A DNA stretch of 64,000 bases from Trueperaceae bacterium (GTDB lineage: Bacteria > Deinococcota > Deinococci > Deinococcales > Trueperaceae). The stretch covers positions 160,001 to 224,000 of the forward strand of contig JAXHNB010000002.1 of assembly GCA_034520945.1 (NCBI GenBank), given 5' to 3'. Of the stretch, positions 1 to 10,200 are shown piece by piece. The notes below the pieces were generated by a model that saw only the letters and a program-made list of their open reading frames with translations, made no database searches and was not told the DNA's origin. The translations under genes were made by a program, and so were the position numbers. Position 1 is the first letter of the stretch. Every line of letters begins with the position of its first letter.

Positions 1-2
1 TA

Positions 3-77
3 TTCGCCCTGAACCTTTTGGGTGACAGCCTGCGCGACGCGCTGAATCCGCTGCTGCGAGCCGGACGGGGGCAATAG
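3..77 (+). CDS. 3' end of a peptide/nickel ABC permease (DppC/OppC type), partial
   Basis: Reads FALNLLGDSLRDALNPLLRAGRGQ*, the typical DppC C-terminal NLLGDxLRDALxP motif; runs off the window edge. Confidence 0.8.
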   Translation, partial: FALNLLGDSLRDALNPLLRAGRGQ

Positions 78-134
78 CGCGCAGGCGCCCGCGCTTCCGG
101 CAGCGCTCGCCCCACCGCGACCGTTCGCGGGACC

Positions 135-1133
135 ATGCTAGCCTGGCGCGCCATGTGCGCGTCCGACCCCGCCGACCTTCCGCGCGACGCGACGAGCACG
201 GCATCTTCGGCGCAAGCTCCGGAGGCGCCGACCGTTGACAGCGAAGGTACGGTGCCGCCCACGCGGCTGCTGACCGGCTTCCTGCTGATGATGGGCGCGA
301 TGATCCTTCTGCCCGTCATGGACGGCTTCGCCAAGCACCTGCAGACGCGCTACCCGGTTGCGCAGGTGGTGTGGGCGCGCTACCTGTTCCACCTATTGGT
401 GATGCTGCCGCTGGTGTTGGCACGATTCGGGCCGCGGGCCCTGTGGCCCGAACGCGTCGGCGTGCAGGTGTTCCGCGGCTCCCTGCTGCTGGGGGCGACC
501 ACGCTGTTCTTCTCCTCGATCGCGCGCATGCCGCTGGCGGACACGCTGGCGTTGTTCTTCGTGTCCCCCCTGGTGGTCACCGTCCTCGCAACGCTGGTGC
601 TGGGCGAACCCGTCGGCTGGCGCCGCGCCGCGGCTGTCGCGGTCGGTTTCGCGGGGGTGCTGGTGATCCTACGGCCCGGCACGGGCGTGTTCGAGTGGAC
701 GGCGCTCCTCGCCGTGGGCGCCGGCACCGTGCACGGCTTGTACATGCTGACCACCCGCAAACTGGCCGGCAGCGCCCCACCGCTGGTGACCCTCGCCTAT
801 ACCGCGCTGGTCGGCGCGATCGTGATGTCGGCGATCGTCGGGTTCGTGTGGGTGCCGCCCACGCCGGGCGACTTCGGCCTGATGCTGCTCCTCGGGCTGC
901 TGGCGGCGGCGGGCCACTTTCTGATCATCAAGGCGTTCGACCACGCGCCCGCTGCCTGGCTGGCCCCGGTCGGGTACAGCGAGATCGTGATGTCGACGCT
1001 GGTGGGGTACGTCGCGTTCGGCGACTTCCCGGACGGCTGGACCTGGATCGGAATCGCCATCATCGTGGCCAGCGGCCTGTACGTGTCGGTTCGCGAGCGG
1101 CGCATCTACCGCGCGCACCGCCCCGGCGCCTGA
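135..1133 (+). CDS. DMT/EamA family transporter
   Basis: About 10 hydrophobic helices in two EamA repeats (LGEPVGWRR, FGDFPDGWTWIG); true start may be ATG 153. Confidence 0.9.
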   Translation: MLAWRAMCASDPADLPRDATSTASSAQAPEAPTVDSEGTVPPTRLLTGFLLMMGAMILLPVMDGFAKHLQTRYPVAQVVWARYLFHLLVMLPLVLARFGPRALWPERVGVQVFRGSLLLGATTLFFSSIARMPLADTLALFFVSPLVVTVLATLVLGEPVGWRRAAAVAVGFAGVLVILRPGTGVFEWTALLAVGAGTVHGLYMLTTRKLAGSAPPLVTLAYTALVGAIVMSAIVGFVWVPPTPGDFGLMLLLGLLAAAGHFLIIKAFDHAPAAWLAPVGYSEIVMSTLVGYVAFGDFPDGWTWIGIAIIVASGLYVSVRERRIYRAHRPGA

Positions 1134-1164
1134 CGCGCGGCGCGGAGGTGCGCACCGGACCCAC

Positions 1165-1944
1165 TCAGGACAGCTCGGCGGCCGAATCGCGGTCCAGGTA
1201 CAGGGTCGCGTGCGGCGCGCGCCGCAGGACCGAGGCGGGACAGGCCGGGTCGATCGGCCCCTCCAGCGCCGTGCGTACCGCCGCCGCCTTGCGCCGCTCA
1301 GGTGCGATCACCAGCAGCCGCGCCGCCCGCAGCAGCGTGGGAACGGTCAGGGTGATGGCGTGCGTCGGCACGGCGTCCAGGTCGGCAAAGTGCCCCTCGC
1401 CGACCTGCTGGCTGCGGCTGGTCTCGTCCAGACGTACCACCTTGGCGACCTCGGGGTCCGCGAAGTCCGCGTAGGGCGGGTCGTTGAAGGCAAGATGCCC
1501 GTTCTCGCCGACGCCCATGCAGCACAGATCGATGGGGGCGCGCGCCAGCAGCGCTTCGTACGCCGCGATCGTGTCCTCGGCCCGCTCCGGGTCGCCGTCG
1601 ATGCCGTGGAACGTGCCGATGCCGAGCGGCTCGATCACCTCGCGCCGAAGGAAGCGCCGGAAGCTGGCGGGATGGTCTTCGTCGAGTCCGAGGTACTCGT
1701 CCATGTGGAACGTCTCGACGCGCGACCAGTCGACCTTCGCGCCGTTCTGGCGAAGCGCCGTGAAGAACGGGAGCTGCGAGTTGCCCGTGGCCAGCACGAC
1801 GCGTGCCTGGCCGCGGTCGCGGATGGCGTCGGCGAGGGTCTCGCGTGCGGCTTCCGAAGCGGCGCGGCCGAGCGCTTCGGGTGCGTCGTGGATCTCGACG
1901 TGCAGGTCCTCGTACTGGGCATTCGTATGCGTGCGTGTCGTCAT
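1165..1944 (-). CDS. nagB: Glucosamine-6-phosphate deaminase/isomerase family (NagB-like)
   Basis: LATGNSQ, FHMDEY, GVGENGHLAFNDP and CPASVL motifs; RBS GAGGAG before ATG 1944. Confidence 0.8.
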   Translation of the reverse strand: MTTRTHTNAQYEDLHVEIHDAPEALGRAASEAARETLADAIRDRGQARVVLATGNSQLPFFTALRQNGAKVDWSRVETFHMDEYLGLDEDHPASFRRFLRREVIEPLGIGTFHGIDGDPERAEDTIAAYEALLARAPIDLCCMGVGENGHLAFNDPPYADFADPEVAKVVRLDETSRSQQVGEGHFADLDAVPTHAITLTVPTLLRAARLLVIAPERRKAAAVRTALEGPIDPACPASVLRRAPHATLYLDRDSAAELS

Positions 1945-2285
1945 GGGCTCCTCGTCGCGTCCAGTCGGTGTGCCGGACGTGGCACGTTGGAATCGCGTCA
2001 TGGCGTCGAATCCGGCGGCGTGCGCGGCCGGGGCGGCCGTGGTGCGCGACCGCGGGTGCCGCACCGTACAGGATATCGGGCAGCGGGTCGGTGCGCGAGG
2101 GGAATGCGCGGGTCGCCCGTGTCGCCGCGCGCGGCTCGAGAGGGAACCAGCGCGAGGACGACCCGCGCGCCGTTTCGCCTGGACGCGGGGCCATGACGGA
2201 CCCGGCGTCGGCGGTACGCTGCTCACGGGATCGGCCCGCAGGTGCGCGCGTGCACGGGCGCGACACCGACCTGAGGAGGCTCATC

Positions 2286-3137
2286 GTGAACCATCCGCGC
2301 GTATCCGCCCGCAAGGACCATGCCCTGGGCGCGCTGTTCGGTCGTCGACCGGTCGTGATCGGCGTGGTGCACTGCCGGCCGTTGCCCGGCGCGCCCGACT
2401 ATCAGGGGGAGGAGATCGAAGCGATCCTCGACCACGCGGTGGAGGAGGCCCGGCGCTACGTGCGTGGCGGCGTGCACGGACTGATCGTGGAGAACCACGG
2501 GGACATCCCGTTCGCCAAACCCGACGCGCTGGGGCCCGAGACTGCGGCGATGATGGCCGTCGTCACCGACCGGGTGCGCCGGGCCGCCGGCGTGCCCGTG
2601 GGGGTCAACGTGCTGGCCAACGGGGCGCTGCAGGCGCTGGCGGTGGCGAAGGCGGGCGGCGGGTCGTTCGTGCGGGTGAACCAGTGGGCCAACGCCTACG
2701 TGGCCAACGAAGGGTTCATCGAGGGGCCCGCGGCCGCTGCGGCGCGGTATCGCGCCTGGCTGCACGCCCGCGAGGTCGCCGTGTTCGCGGACGTCCACGT
2801 CAAACATGGGTCGCACGCCATCACGGCCGACCGCAGCCTCGAGGAAACGGCGCGGGACGCGGCGTTCTTCGACGCCGACGTACTGATCGCGACGGGACAG
2901 CGGACGGGCGACGCGGCGCAGGCCGACGAGGTGCGCGCCATCGCCGAGGCGACGGGCCTTCCGCTCCTGGTCGGGAGCGGTGTGACCCGCGACAACGTGA
3001 CGTCGCTGCTGGAGGTGGCCGACGGCGTGATCGTTGCCAGTTCGCTGAAGGAGGAGGGCGTGTGGTGGACGCCCGTGTCCGAAGCGAAGGTGCGGGCGTT
3101 CATGGAGGTGGTGGATCAGGCGGCGGGGGGAGCGTAA
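2286..3137 (+). CDS. BtpA/SgcQ family TIM-barrel protein
   Basis: IGVVHCRPLPGAP, IVENHGDIPF, GVNVLAN and ADVHVKH motifs; RBS GAGGAGG before GTG 2286. Confidence 0.9.
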   Translation: MNHPRVSARKDHALGALFGRRPVVIGVVHCRPLPGAPDYQGEEIEAILDHAVEEARRYVRGGVHGLIVENHGDIPFAKPDALGPETAAMMAVVTDRVRRAAGVPVGVNVLANGALQALAVAKAGGGSFVRVNQWANAYVANEGFIEGPAAAAARYRAWLHAREVAVFADVHVKHGSHAITADRSLEETARDAAFFDADVLIATGQRTGDAAQADEVRAIAEATGLPLLVGSGVTRDNVTSLLEVADGVIVASSLKEEGVWWTPVSEAKVRAFMEVVDQAAGGA

Positions 3138-3196
3138 AGGTCGTGAGCGAGGTGGCGCTGGGGGGCGCGAGGCGTCGGCCGCGCAGGGCGGACCCG

Positions 3197-4234
3197 TCAG
3201 TGAAGGCCGCCGTGCGCGTCGGCGAGGGCCATGACCTCGTCCAGGGTGCCCATCGAGTTGGCGCAGGCGTGCCGGCCGACCACGATCGCGCCGCAGGCGT
3301 TGCCCATGCGGGCGGAGGCGTACCAGTCCCATCCTTGCAGGCGGCCGTAGATGAGGCCGGCCGCGAACGCGTCGCCCGCACCGAGCACATTGACGACCTC
3401 GGCGGGGAAGCCGGGTGCCTCGATCACCTCGCCGCTGCGGAGGTAGATGCGGGCGCCCTCGTCGCCCCGCTTGACGACCAGCGCTTCGGGGCCGCTGGGG
3501 ACGGCCAGGAGGTCGCGAACGTCGGCGTCTAAGTCGCCGCTGATTTCGGGCGCCGAGATCTGCTGGTGTTCGACGCGAAGCGCCGCGGGGTCGCGCAGCA
3601 TGGCGGCGTGCACCTCCTCGACCGTGCCGATCGCGACCGTGACCAACGGCAGTGCGGCACGGACCATCCGGCCGAAGGCACGTGGGTCGTACCACTGGTC
3701 CGCCCGGAAGTCGAGGTCCAGGAACACGGGCCGCCCCGCCGCCTGGGCGCGCTCGGCCGCGAACAACGTCGCGGTGGACTGTGGAGGTTTGGCGAGTCCG
3801 GTTCCGGAGATCTCCAACGCCCGGAAGCGCTCGACCTGGGCCGCGAGCACGTCGTCGATGCTCAGTTGCACGTCGGGGGCGGCCTCGCGGTAGAAGACCA
3901 GCGGGAAGCGGCCGTCCGGCTCGATCCCCAGCAGCACCGCGGTGCTGCGCGTGCCGGGCTTGCGGACCACCTGGCGCGTGTCGACCTTTTCGTCGTTCAG
4001 GAAGGTCGTGATGAAGTCGCCGACCTTGTCCTCGCCGACGCCGGTCAGCACGGCGGAGGCCAGGCCCAGCCGGCGGGCGCCGACCGCGATGTTGGTGGGG
4101 CTGCCGCCGACGTAGGCGTTGAACGAGTTGATCCGTTCGAACGGGACGCCGACGTCGTTGGCGTACAGGTCGATCGAACTCCGCCCCATCGTCAGCAGGT
4201 CGAGGGTGTCGTCGCTTGCGCGTTCCTGGCTCAC
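3197..4234 (-). CDS. iolC: 5-dehydro-2-deoxygluconokinase (PfkB family)
   Basis: MGRSSIDLYAND, GGSPTNIAVG, DLDFR and GAGDAF motifs; GTGA overlap with iolE stop. Confidence 0.9.
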   Translation of the reverse strand: MSQERASDDTLDLLTMGRSSIDLYANDVGVPFERINSFNAYVGGSPTNIAVGARRLGLASAVLTGVGEDKVGDFITTFLNDEKVDTRQVVRKPGTRSTAVLLGIEPDGRFPLVFYREAAPDVQLSIDDVLAAQVERFRALEISGTGLAKPPQSTATLFAAERAQAAGRPVFLDLDFRADQWYDPRAFGRMVRAALPLVTVAIGTVEEVHAAMLRDPAALRVEHQQISAPEISGDLDADVRDLLAVPSGPEALVVKRGDEGARIYLRSGEVIEAPGFPAEVVNVLGAGDAFAAGLIYGRLQGWDWYASARMGNACGAIVVGRHACANSMGTLDEVMALADAHGGLH

Positions 4235-5139
4235 AGTCCGAGCTCCTTCAGGTAGCTTCGGTTGCGGGCGGCGCTCTGCTTGGGGCTGCCGAGGCCTGGC
4301 AGCACGTCCTGTTCGACCACCAGCCAGCCGTGGTAGTCCTGCGCCCGCAGCCGTTCGAGGACGGCGGGGAAGTCGACGATGCCCTGGCCGAGTTCCGGGA
4401 ACACGCCCTGGCGCACCATCTCCGGGTAGCCCCATCCGTGCAGCTCCGCCTCCGCCACCACCTCGGGCGAAAAGTCCTTGAGGTGCACCAACTCGATGCG
4501 GTCGCCGTACCGCTCCAGGTCGGGGGCGGGGTCTCCGCCGCCCAGCGCCACGTGCCCCGTGTCGAAGCACAGGCCCACCAGCGCCGGGTCGGTTCGGTCG
4601 AGGAAGGCCTCGATCTCGGCGGGGGTTTCCACGTAGCTCGCGCCGTGCGCGTGGAAGGCGCAGCGAAGGCCGGTCTCGTCGCGGACGGCGCGGGCCACGC
4701 GGTGGGCCCCCTCGGCGTACTGGTCCAGTTCGCGTTCGCCGAGCGCGTGGGCGGGCAGGATGCGCCCGGCGTAGCGGGTGCGGTCGGGCACGCGCGAGTG
4801 GTCGGGGCCCAGGTTGAGGACGGCGTCGTCGCCGCCGACGGCGCGGACCAGCCGCGCGATCTCTAGCGCGCGTTGCACGTTGCGGTCGGTGTACTCGGGG
4901 TCGTCCAAGCGGACCGTGACCCACGACGCGATCAGGGTGAGGTCGCGCGAGGAAAGCGCCTCGGCCAGGCGGTCCGGATCGGTCGGGAGGAAGCCCAGGT
5001 CGCCGAGCTCGGTGCCGGCGTAGCCCGTCTCGGCCAGTTCGTCCAGGAACCGCATGGGGTCGACGCGGGCGTCCTCGGTGCCGGTGTTCTCGATCGTGCC
5101 CCACGAGCAGGGGGCGTTTCCCACGGGCCATCGCGTCAT
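4231..5139 (-). CDS. iolE: Myo-inosose-2 dehydratase (xylose-isomerase-like TIM barrel)
   Basis: GNAPCSWG, DTGH, VHLKD and WLVVEQD motifs; iol operon context. Confidence 0.85.
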   Translation of the reverse strand: MTRWPVGNAPCSWGTIENTGTEDARVDPMRFLDELAETGYAGTELGDLGFLPTDPDRLAEALSSRDLTLIASWVTVRLDDPEYTDRNVQRALEIARLVRAVGGDDAVLNLGPDHSRVPDRTRYAGRILPAHALGERELDQYAEGAHRVARAVRDETGLRCAFHAHGASYVETPAEIEAFLDRTDPALVGLCFDTGHVALGGGDPAPDLERYGDRIELVHLKDFSPEVVAEAELHGWGYPEMVRQGVFPELGQGIVDFPAVLERLRAQDYHGWLVVEQDVLPGLGSPKQSAARNRSYLKELGL

Positions 5140-6161
5140 TGCGTGCCTCCCGTCGATTCAGGGTCGTGTCGTGCGACCTCCACCGGGCGCCCTTCGCGCT
5201 GCGCGTCGCGGGCCGCCAACGCCAGCCGCAGCGACGCTTCGGCGTCCTCCGGGCCGGGCGAGGGGGCGCGGCCGGCGCGGACGTCGTCGACGAACGCCTG
5301 CAGTTCCAGCCGGTAGGCGTCCCGGAAGCGGTCCAGGAAGTAGTGTACGTGATCGCCGTGGATCCCATTCGCGTCGAAGTGCCACGTCTTGGTGGCGCGC
5401 GCGTCTTCGGCGACGAGCTTGCCGGCCTCGCCGTGCACCTCGATGCGCAGGTCGTAGCCGTACACCGTCCGGCGGGTGTTCTGGATCACGCCGAGCGCGC
5501 CGCTGTCGAACTCGAGCGTCACCACGCTGGTGTCGACGTCGCCGTGCTCCGCGAAGTGATCCGCGACCAACACCCGGCCGGTGGCGTGCACGCGGGTTAC
5601 CTCGCCCATCACGAAGCGGGCCAGGTCCAGGTCGTGAATCGCCGAATCGAGGTACAGCCCGCCTGAGGCCGCGACGTACGCGGGCGGCGGTGGGGCGGGA
5701 TCGGAGGAAAGGCTGCGGAACATCTCCGGCTTGCCGAGTTCGCCCTCGCGCACCGCCCGCGCGAGGGCGCCGAACCCGGGATCGAAGCGGCGGTTCAGCC
5801 CGATCTGGAACGGCGCCTGCTGACGCCGCACCGCCGCGAGGGCGTCCCGGGTGGTGGCCAGGTCCAGCGCGACCGGCTTCTCGCAGAACACCGCCAAGCC
5901 GGCCTCGGCGGCGGCCACCACCTGTTCGGCGTGGACGGGGGTGGGGGAGGCGATCACCACCGCGTCGAGGTCGTCGCGCCCCAGCAGCTCGCCGGCGTCG
6001 GCCGCGATGGCCACCCCGCCTGACGCTGCGCGGCGCGCCGCCGCTTCGTCCGCGTCGTACACGCACGCCAGGCTTGCCCCGTCGACCGCGCCGTACAGGT
6101 GCCGCGCGTGCAGCGCGCCGATGCGGCCGGCGCCGAGCACGCCGAACCGGAGCGTACTCAT
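5136..6161 (-). CDS. iolG: Inositol 2-dehydrogenase (Gfo/Idh/MocA)
   Basis: GAGRIG, CEKP, NRRFDP, DSAIHD and YGYDLRIEV motifs. Confidence 0.9.
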   Translation of the reverse strand: MSTLRFGVLGAGRIGALHARHLYGAVDGASLACVYDADEAAARRAASGGVAIAADAGELLGRDDLDAVVIASPTPVHAEQVVAAAEAGLAVFCEKPVALDLATTRDALAAVRRQQAPFQIGLNRRFDPGFGALARAVREGELGKPEMFRSLSSDPAPPPPAYVAASGGLYLDSAIHDLDLARFVMGEVTRVHATGRVLVADHFAEHGDVDTSVVTLEFDSGALGVIQNTRRTVYGYDLRIEVHGEAGKLVAEDARATKTWHFDANGIHGDHVHYFLDRFRDAYRLELQAFVDDVRAGRAPSPGPEDAEASLRLALAARDAQREGRPVEVARHDPESTGGTQ

Positions 6162-8074
6162 GACGCCTCCTCCTCGCTGGGGGCGCGAACGATCACCTGG
6201 CGTTCGCGGGCCCGTTCGTACGCCCGGCGTGCCTCAATGACCGGTTCCTGTGTCGAGGTCTCGGCGACGGGCACGTCCCACCACCCGCCGGTGTCGCCGA
6301 AGTCGGCGGCCTTGTTCGGGTCGACCTCGATGACGACGACGCGTACGCCGCGGGCGTCCCGCGCCGCATGCAGGGCGGCGCGGGCCTGCTCGGCGCTGCG
6401 CGCGGTCGTCGCGTGCGCCCCCATGGACGCGGCGTGCGCGGCGAAGTCGACCGGGAGGTAGGGGCCGTCCGGGCGTCCGCCCCCATTGCGGCCCCGGAGT
6501 TCGACGCCGAAGGTGGGGCTGCCCACGCTGCGTTGCAGCCCGTGGATGGACTGGAAGCCGTGGTTGTCGATCACCACGAAGGTGAGGTCCAGTCCTTCGC
6601 CCACGGCGGTGACGATCTCGGAGTTCATCATCAGGTAGCTGCCGTCCCCCACCAGCACCACCACCGGTCGTTCGGGGTCCGGTTCGGCCAAGCGCACGCC
6701 CAGGCCCGCCGGGATCTCGTACCCCATGCAGCTGTAGCCGTACTCCACGTGATACGCGCGGGGGTCGGTGGGGCGCCACAGCCGCAGCAGGTCGCCCGGC
6801 ATCGAACCGGCCGCGTTGATCACCACCGCGTCACCGCCGAAGGCGTCGTTCACCATCCCCAGCACGCCGCCCTGCGCCAGGCCGTTCTCGTCGCCGAGGT
6901 CGCTTCGTACCCGGTCGACCACGGCGTCCCAAGATTCCTTGAGCGACGCGATGCGGGCACGGCGCGCTTTGCCCGCGGGCGACGCGTGGGTGTCCGCAAG
7001 CGCGCCGTCCAGCGCCTCCAGGCCGACCCGGGCATCGGCGATCAGCGGCAGGGCGGCGAGCTTGTGGGCGTCCATGGCGGCGACGTTGAGGCCGATCACG
7101 GTCGCCGACGCGTCGAAGGCGGTCTTCGACGACGTGGTGAAGTCGCTGAGGCGCGTGCCGACCGCCAGGATTAGGTCCGCCTCGCGAGCCAAGGCGTTGG
7201 CGGCCGAACCGCCGTTCGTGCCGACGGGACCGACCGCCATGTCGTGCGTCCATGGGAGCGAGCCGCGGCCGGCCTGCGTTTCAGCGACGGGCACGCCCCA
7301 TCGCTCGGCGAAGTCGGCCAGCGTGCCTGTGGCGCCGGCGTAGCGCACGCCGCCGCCGGCCACGATCAACGGGGTTCGTGCCCGGCGCCAGGTGGCGACC
7401 GCGTCCGCCAGCGCCTCGCCTTCGGGCGGGGGCCGGCGGATGCGCCAGGTGCGCGGCGCGAAGAACGCCTCGGGCCAGTCGTACGCCTCGACCTGCACGT
7501 CCTCGGGCAGGCTGATCACCACCGCGCCGGTTTCGGCCGGGTCGGTGAGCACCCGCATCGCCTCGGGCAGGGCGTGCAGCAGCTGTTCCGGTCGGCTGAT
7601 GCGCGTGAAGAAACGGGCGACGGGCCGGAAGGCGTCGTTCAGCGACAGGTCGTGCTCGGTGGGGTGCTCCACCTGTTGCAGGACCGGGTCCGGCACGCGG
7701 TTCGCGAAGTAGTCGGACGGCAGCAACAGCACCGGCAGGCGGTTCACCGTGGCGAGCGCCGCGCCACTCAGCATGTTGGTGCTGCCGGGGCCGACCGAGG
7801 CGGTGCAGGCGAGGGTGGCCATGCGGTCGGCGTGCCGCGCGTAGGCGGCGGCGAGGTGCACCTGCGCCTGTTCGTTCTGGGGCCGGTAGAAGGGAAGGTC
7901 GAGGGCGTCACCGTACGCCTCCAACGCCTGACCCAGGCCTGCCACGTTGCCGTGACCGAAGATGCCCCATCCGGCGGGGATCAGGCGTCTGCGCACCCCG
8001 TCCCGCTGGCTGTACTGGACGGCGAGGAAATGCACGAGCGCTTGGGCGACGGTCATGTGGCGTGTCTGGTCCAC
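6158..8074 (-). CDS. iolD: THcHDO hydrolase, ThDP-dependent
   Basis: MTVAQAL, GIFGHGNVAG, PDPVLQQ, EYGYSCMGYE, GDGSYLM and WWDVPV motifs; RBS GAGGAG. Confidence 0.95.
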   Translation of the reverse strand: MDQTRHMTVAQALVHFLAVQYSQRDGVRRRLIPAGWGIFGHGNVAGLGQALEAYGDALDLPFYRPQNEQAQVHLAAAYARHADRMATLACTASVGPGSTNMLSGAALATVNRLPVLLLPSDYFANRVPDPVLQQVEHPTEHDLSLNDAFRPVARFFTRISRPEQLLHALPEAMRVLTDPAETGAVVISLPEDVQVEAYDWPEAFFAPRTWRIRRPPPEGEALADAVATWRRARTPLIVAGGGVRYAGATGTLADFAERWGVPVAETQAGRGSLPWTHDMAVGPVGTNGGSAANALAREADLILAVGTRLSDFTTSSKTAFDASATVIGLNVAAMDAHKLAALPLIADARVGLEALDGALADTHASPAGKARRARIASLKESWDAVVDRVRSDLGDENGLAQGGVLGMVNDAFGGDAVVINAAGSMPGDLLRLWRPTDPRAYHVEYGYSCMGYEIPAGLGVRLAEPDPERPVVVLVGDGSYLMMNSEIVTAVGEGLDLTFVVIDNHGFQSIHGLQRSVGSPTFGVELRGRNGGGRPDGPYLPVDFAAHAASMGAHATTARSAEQARAALHAARDARGVRVVVIEVDPNKAADFGDTGGWWDVPVAETSTQEPVIEARRAYERARERQVIVRAPSEEEAS

Positions 8075-8221
8075 CGGGGTCTCCTCTGGCGTGAAGTCGG
8101 AACGGGGCCGCGCCGAGGGGGCGTACCCCGCACCGGGCCTTCGCGCGGGCGTTTGCGTCGGACCTCTGAAGACGCGGCAAGGCCCCGCGTGCGGGCGACG
8201 TCGCACGCGTGATCGTGAGCG

Positions 8222-8251
8222 ACTATGGCGCCGTGGAGGGGCCGCTGTCAA
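8222..8251 (-). promoter_or_regulatory. Candidate sigma-A promoter of iolDGEC
   Basis: Minus strand TTGACA-18 nt-CATAGT. Confidence 0.45.
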
Positions 8252-8461
8252 GATTGGGTTCGCCCGCGTCGGACGCCTCGGACAGGGGGCGCGCGGACGG
8301 CGGGGTCGTCGCTCGGGACGTTGCGCGCCGTTGCGTCCCTCGTCGCACCGTGCCACCATTCGCGGCGCAACGTCGTCGGCGTGCTCGCACGTGGTGCGGT
8401 ACGTTCAGGTGCCGACCCGGTCGCACGCCATGTTGCTGACGTATCCAAGGGAGGAGCGCTC

Positions 8462-9301
8462 ATGAAGAATCCGTTGCATCCCGCCGCCGGCCGCGGCCCC
8501 GTCCTGGAGGTCACGCCCGCCTCGGCGCAGTGGCGCGACCTGGGGTTCACCGTCGCTCGTTTCGCGAACGGCGACCGGCACCAGGTCGCCAGCCACGGGC
8601 GCGAAATCGCGTTCGTGCCTCAAGCCGGCAGCGTCACCGCGCACGTGGACGGAACGGCGTACACGCTGGCGCGCCGCGGCGTGTTCGAAGCGATGCCGCA
8701 CGTGCTCTACGTGCCGCCCGGCACGGAGGTGACGCTGGAGGCCACAGGCGACGCCGAGATCGCCTGGGGCAGCGCGCCCGCCGACGGGCGCTACCCGGTC
8801 CGACTGTTCGAGCCTAGCGAGATGCGCCGCGAAGTGCGGGGCGGCGGGGCCGCCGTACGCGAGGTGCACCACGTGCTGGCGCACCCGCTGCCGGCGGAAC
8901 GCCTGATCGTGTTCGAGGTGTACGTGCCTGGCGGCGCCTGGTCCGGCTGGCCGCCGCACTGCCACGACGGACGTCAGGGTTCGGCCTACCTGGAGGAGAC
9001 GTACTACTACCGCATCCGGCCCGACACCGGCTTCGCCCTGCACCGCAACTACACCCGCGAGGGGGACATGGACGAGATCGTCGCGGTGCGCGACCGCGAC
9101 CTGATGCTGGTGCCGGGCGGCTTCCATCCGGTCGCCCCGACGCCGGGATCCAACGTCTACTTCCTGAACTTCCTGGCGGGCGACCTGGTGGGCGACGAGC
9201 GCGGTCGGCCGCCGGTCGACGATCCCGATCACGCCTGGATCAAGGAGGCGTGGGGGGACGCGGCGATGACGCTTCCGCTGCGGTTCGACGACGACGGGTG
9301 A
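8462..9301 (+). CDS. iolB: 5-deoxy-glucuronate isomerase
   Basis: WSGWPPHCHD, LEETYYY, GFHPV and YFLNFLAG motifs; RBS GGAGGAG. Confidence 0.9.
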   Translation: MKNPLHPAAGRGPVLEVTPASAQWRDLGFTVARFANGDRHQVASHGREIAFVPQAGSVTAHVDGTAYTLARRGVFEAMPHVLYVPPGTEVTLEATGDAEIAWGSAPADGRYPVRLFEPSEMRREVRGGGAAVREVHHVLAHPLPAERLIVFEVYVPGGAWSGWPPHCHDGRQGSAYLEETYYYRIRPDTGFALHRNYTREGDMDEIVAVRDRDLMLVPGGFHPVAPTPGSNVYFLNFLAGDLVGDERGRPPVDDPDHAWIKEAWGDAAMTLPLRFDDDG

Positions 9302-9310
9302 GGGCGGTCC

Positions 9311-10117
9311 GTGGCGTACGCGCCTGACGCCCGCCCCCTGATCCTCGACGCGTACGACCGCGGCTACGCCCTCCCTGCGTTCAACGTGTGCAGCGTAGAG
9401 ATGGTGCGTGCCTGCATCGAGGCGGCCGAGGAGGTACGTGCGCCGATTCTGCTGCAGACGTATCCGGCGGATTTGGCGCAGCTGCCGGCGCCGCACATGG
9501 CGGCCCTGGTCCGCAGCATGGCCGGCGCGGCCGCGGTGCCGGTCGCGCTGCACATGGATCACGGCCCGGACGACGCCACCGTGTTGGCCTGCCTTCGCGC
9601 CGGCTTCGGCAGCGTGATGCTGGACGGCAGCGACCTGGCGCACGACGCGTTGGAAATGCGGACCGCTCGGCTGGCCTGGGTGGCGCACGCGCAGGGCGCC
9701 GCGCTGGAGGTGGCGGCGGAGAGCTTCGACGCCGGTCGCGGCGCGCGCACCGTTCCCGACGAGGCGCGCCGGCTTCGCGAGGCGGGCAGCGACATGGTGG
9801 CGGTGTCGGTCGGCAGCGAGCACGGCCAGGCCGCCACCCTGGACCTGCCGCTGCTGCGCCGCATCGCCGACGCCGTGCAGGGGCCGTTGGTCCTGCACGG
9901 CGGCAGCGGCATCGGCGCGTCCGACCTGCGCGCGGCATGCACCATGGGCGTCGTCAAGGTGAACGTCGGGTCGGCCTCGTACCGGGCGCTGCGCTCCGTG
10001 TGGCGTGACTCCGCCGACGCGCCTAGCCACCGCGCCGTGTACGAGCGCGCCCGGGCCGCCCTGCGAGCCGTGGCGCTGGAACGGATCGACGCCGCGGGCG
10101 CTGCGGCACGGGCGTAG
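9311..10117 (+). CDS. Class II fructose-bisphosphate aldolase family (IolJ-like)
   Basis: ALPAFNV, LHMDHG, GSEHG, VLHGGSG and KVNV motifs; immediately after iolB. Confidence 0.85.
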   Translation: MAYAPDARPLILDAYDRGYALPAFNVCSVEMVRACIEAAEEVRAPILLQTYPADLAQLPAPHMAALVRSMAGAAAVPVALHMDHGPDDATVLACLRAGFGSVMLDGSDLAHDALEMRTARLAWVAHAQGAALEVAAESFDAGRGARTVPDEARRLREAGSDMVAVSVGSEHGQAATLDLPLLRRIADAVQGPLVLHGGSGIGASDLRAACTMGVVKVNVGSASYRALRSVWRDSADAPSHRAVYERARAALRAVALERIDAAGAAARA

Positions 10118-10200
10118 GCGCACGGACCGCCGAGCGGTCGGCGCGCCGCGCGGCGTCCGGCGTCGCGGCACGTCTGCGGGCCCTATTGCGCACCGCGACC

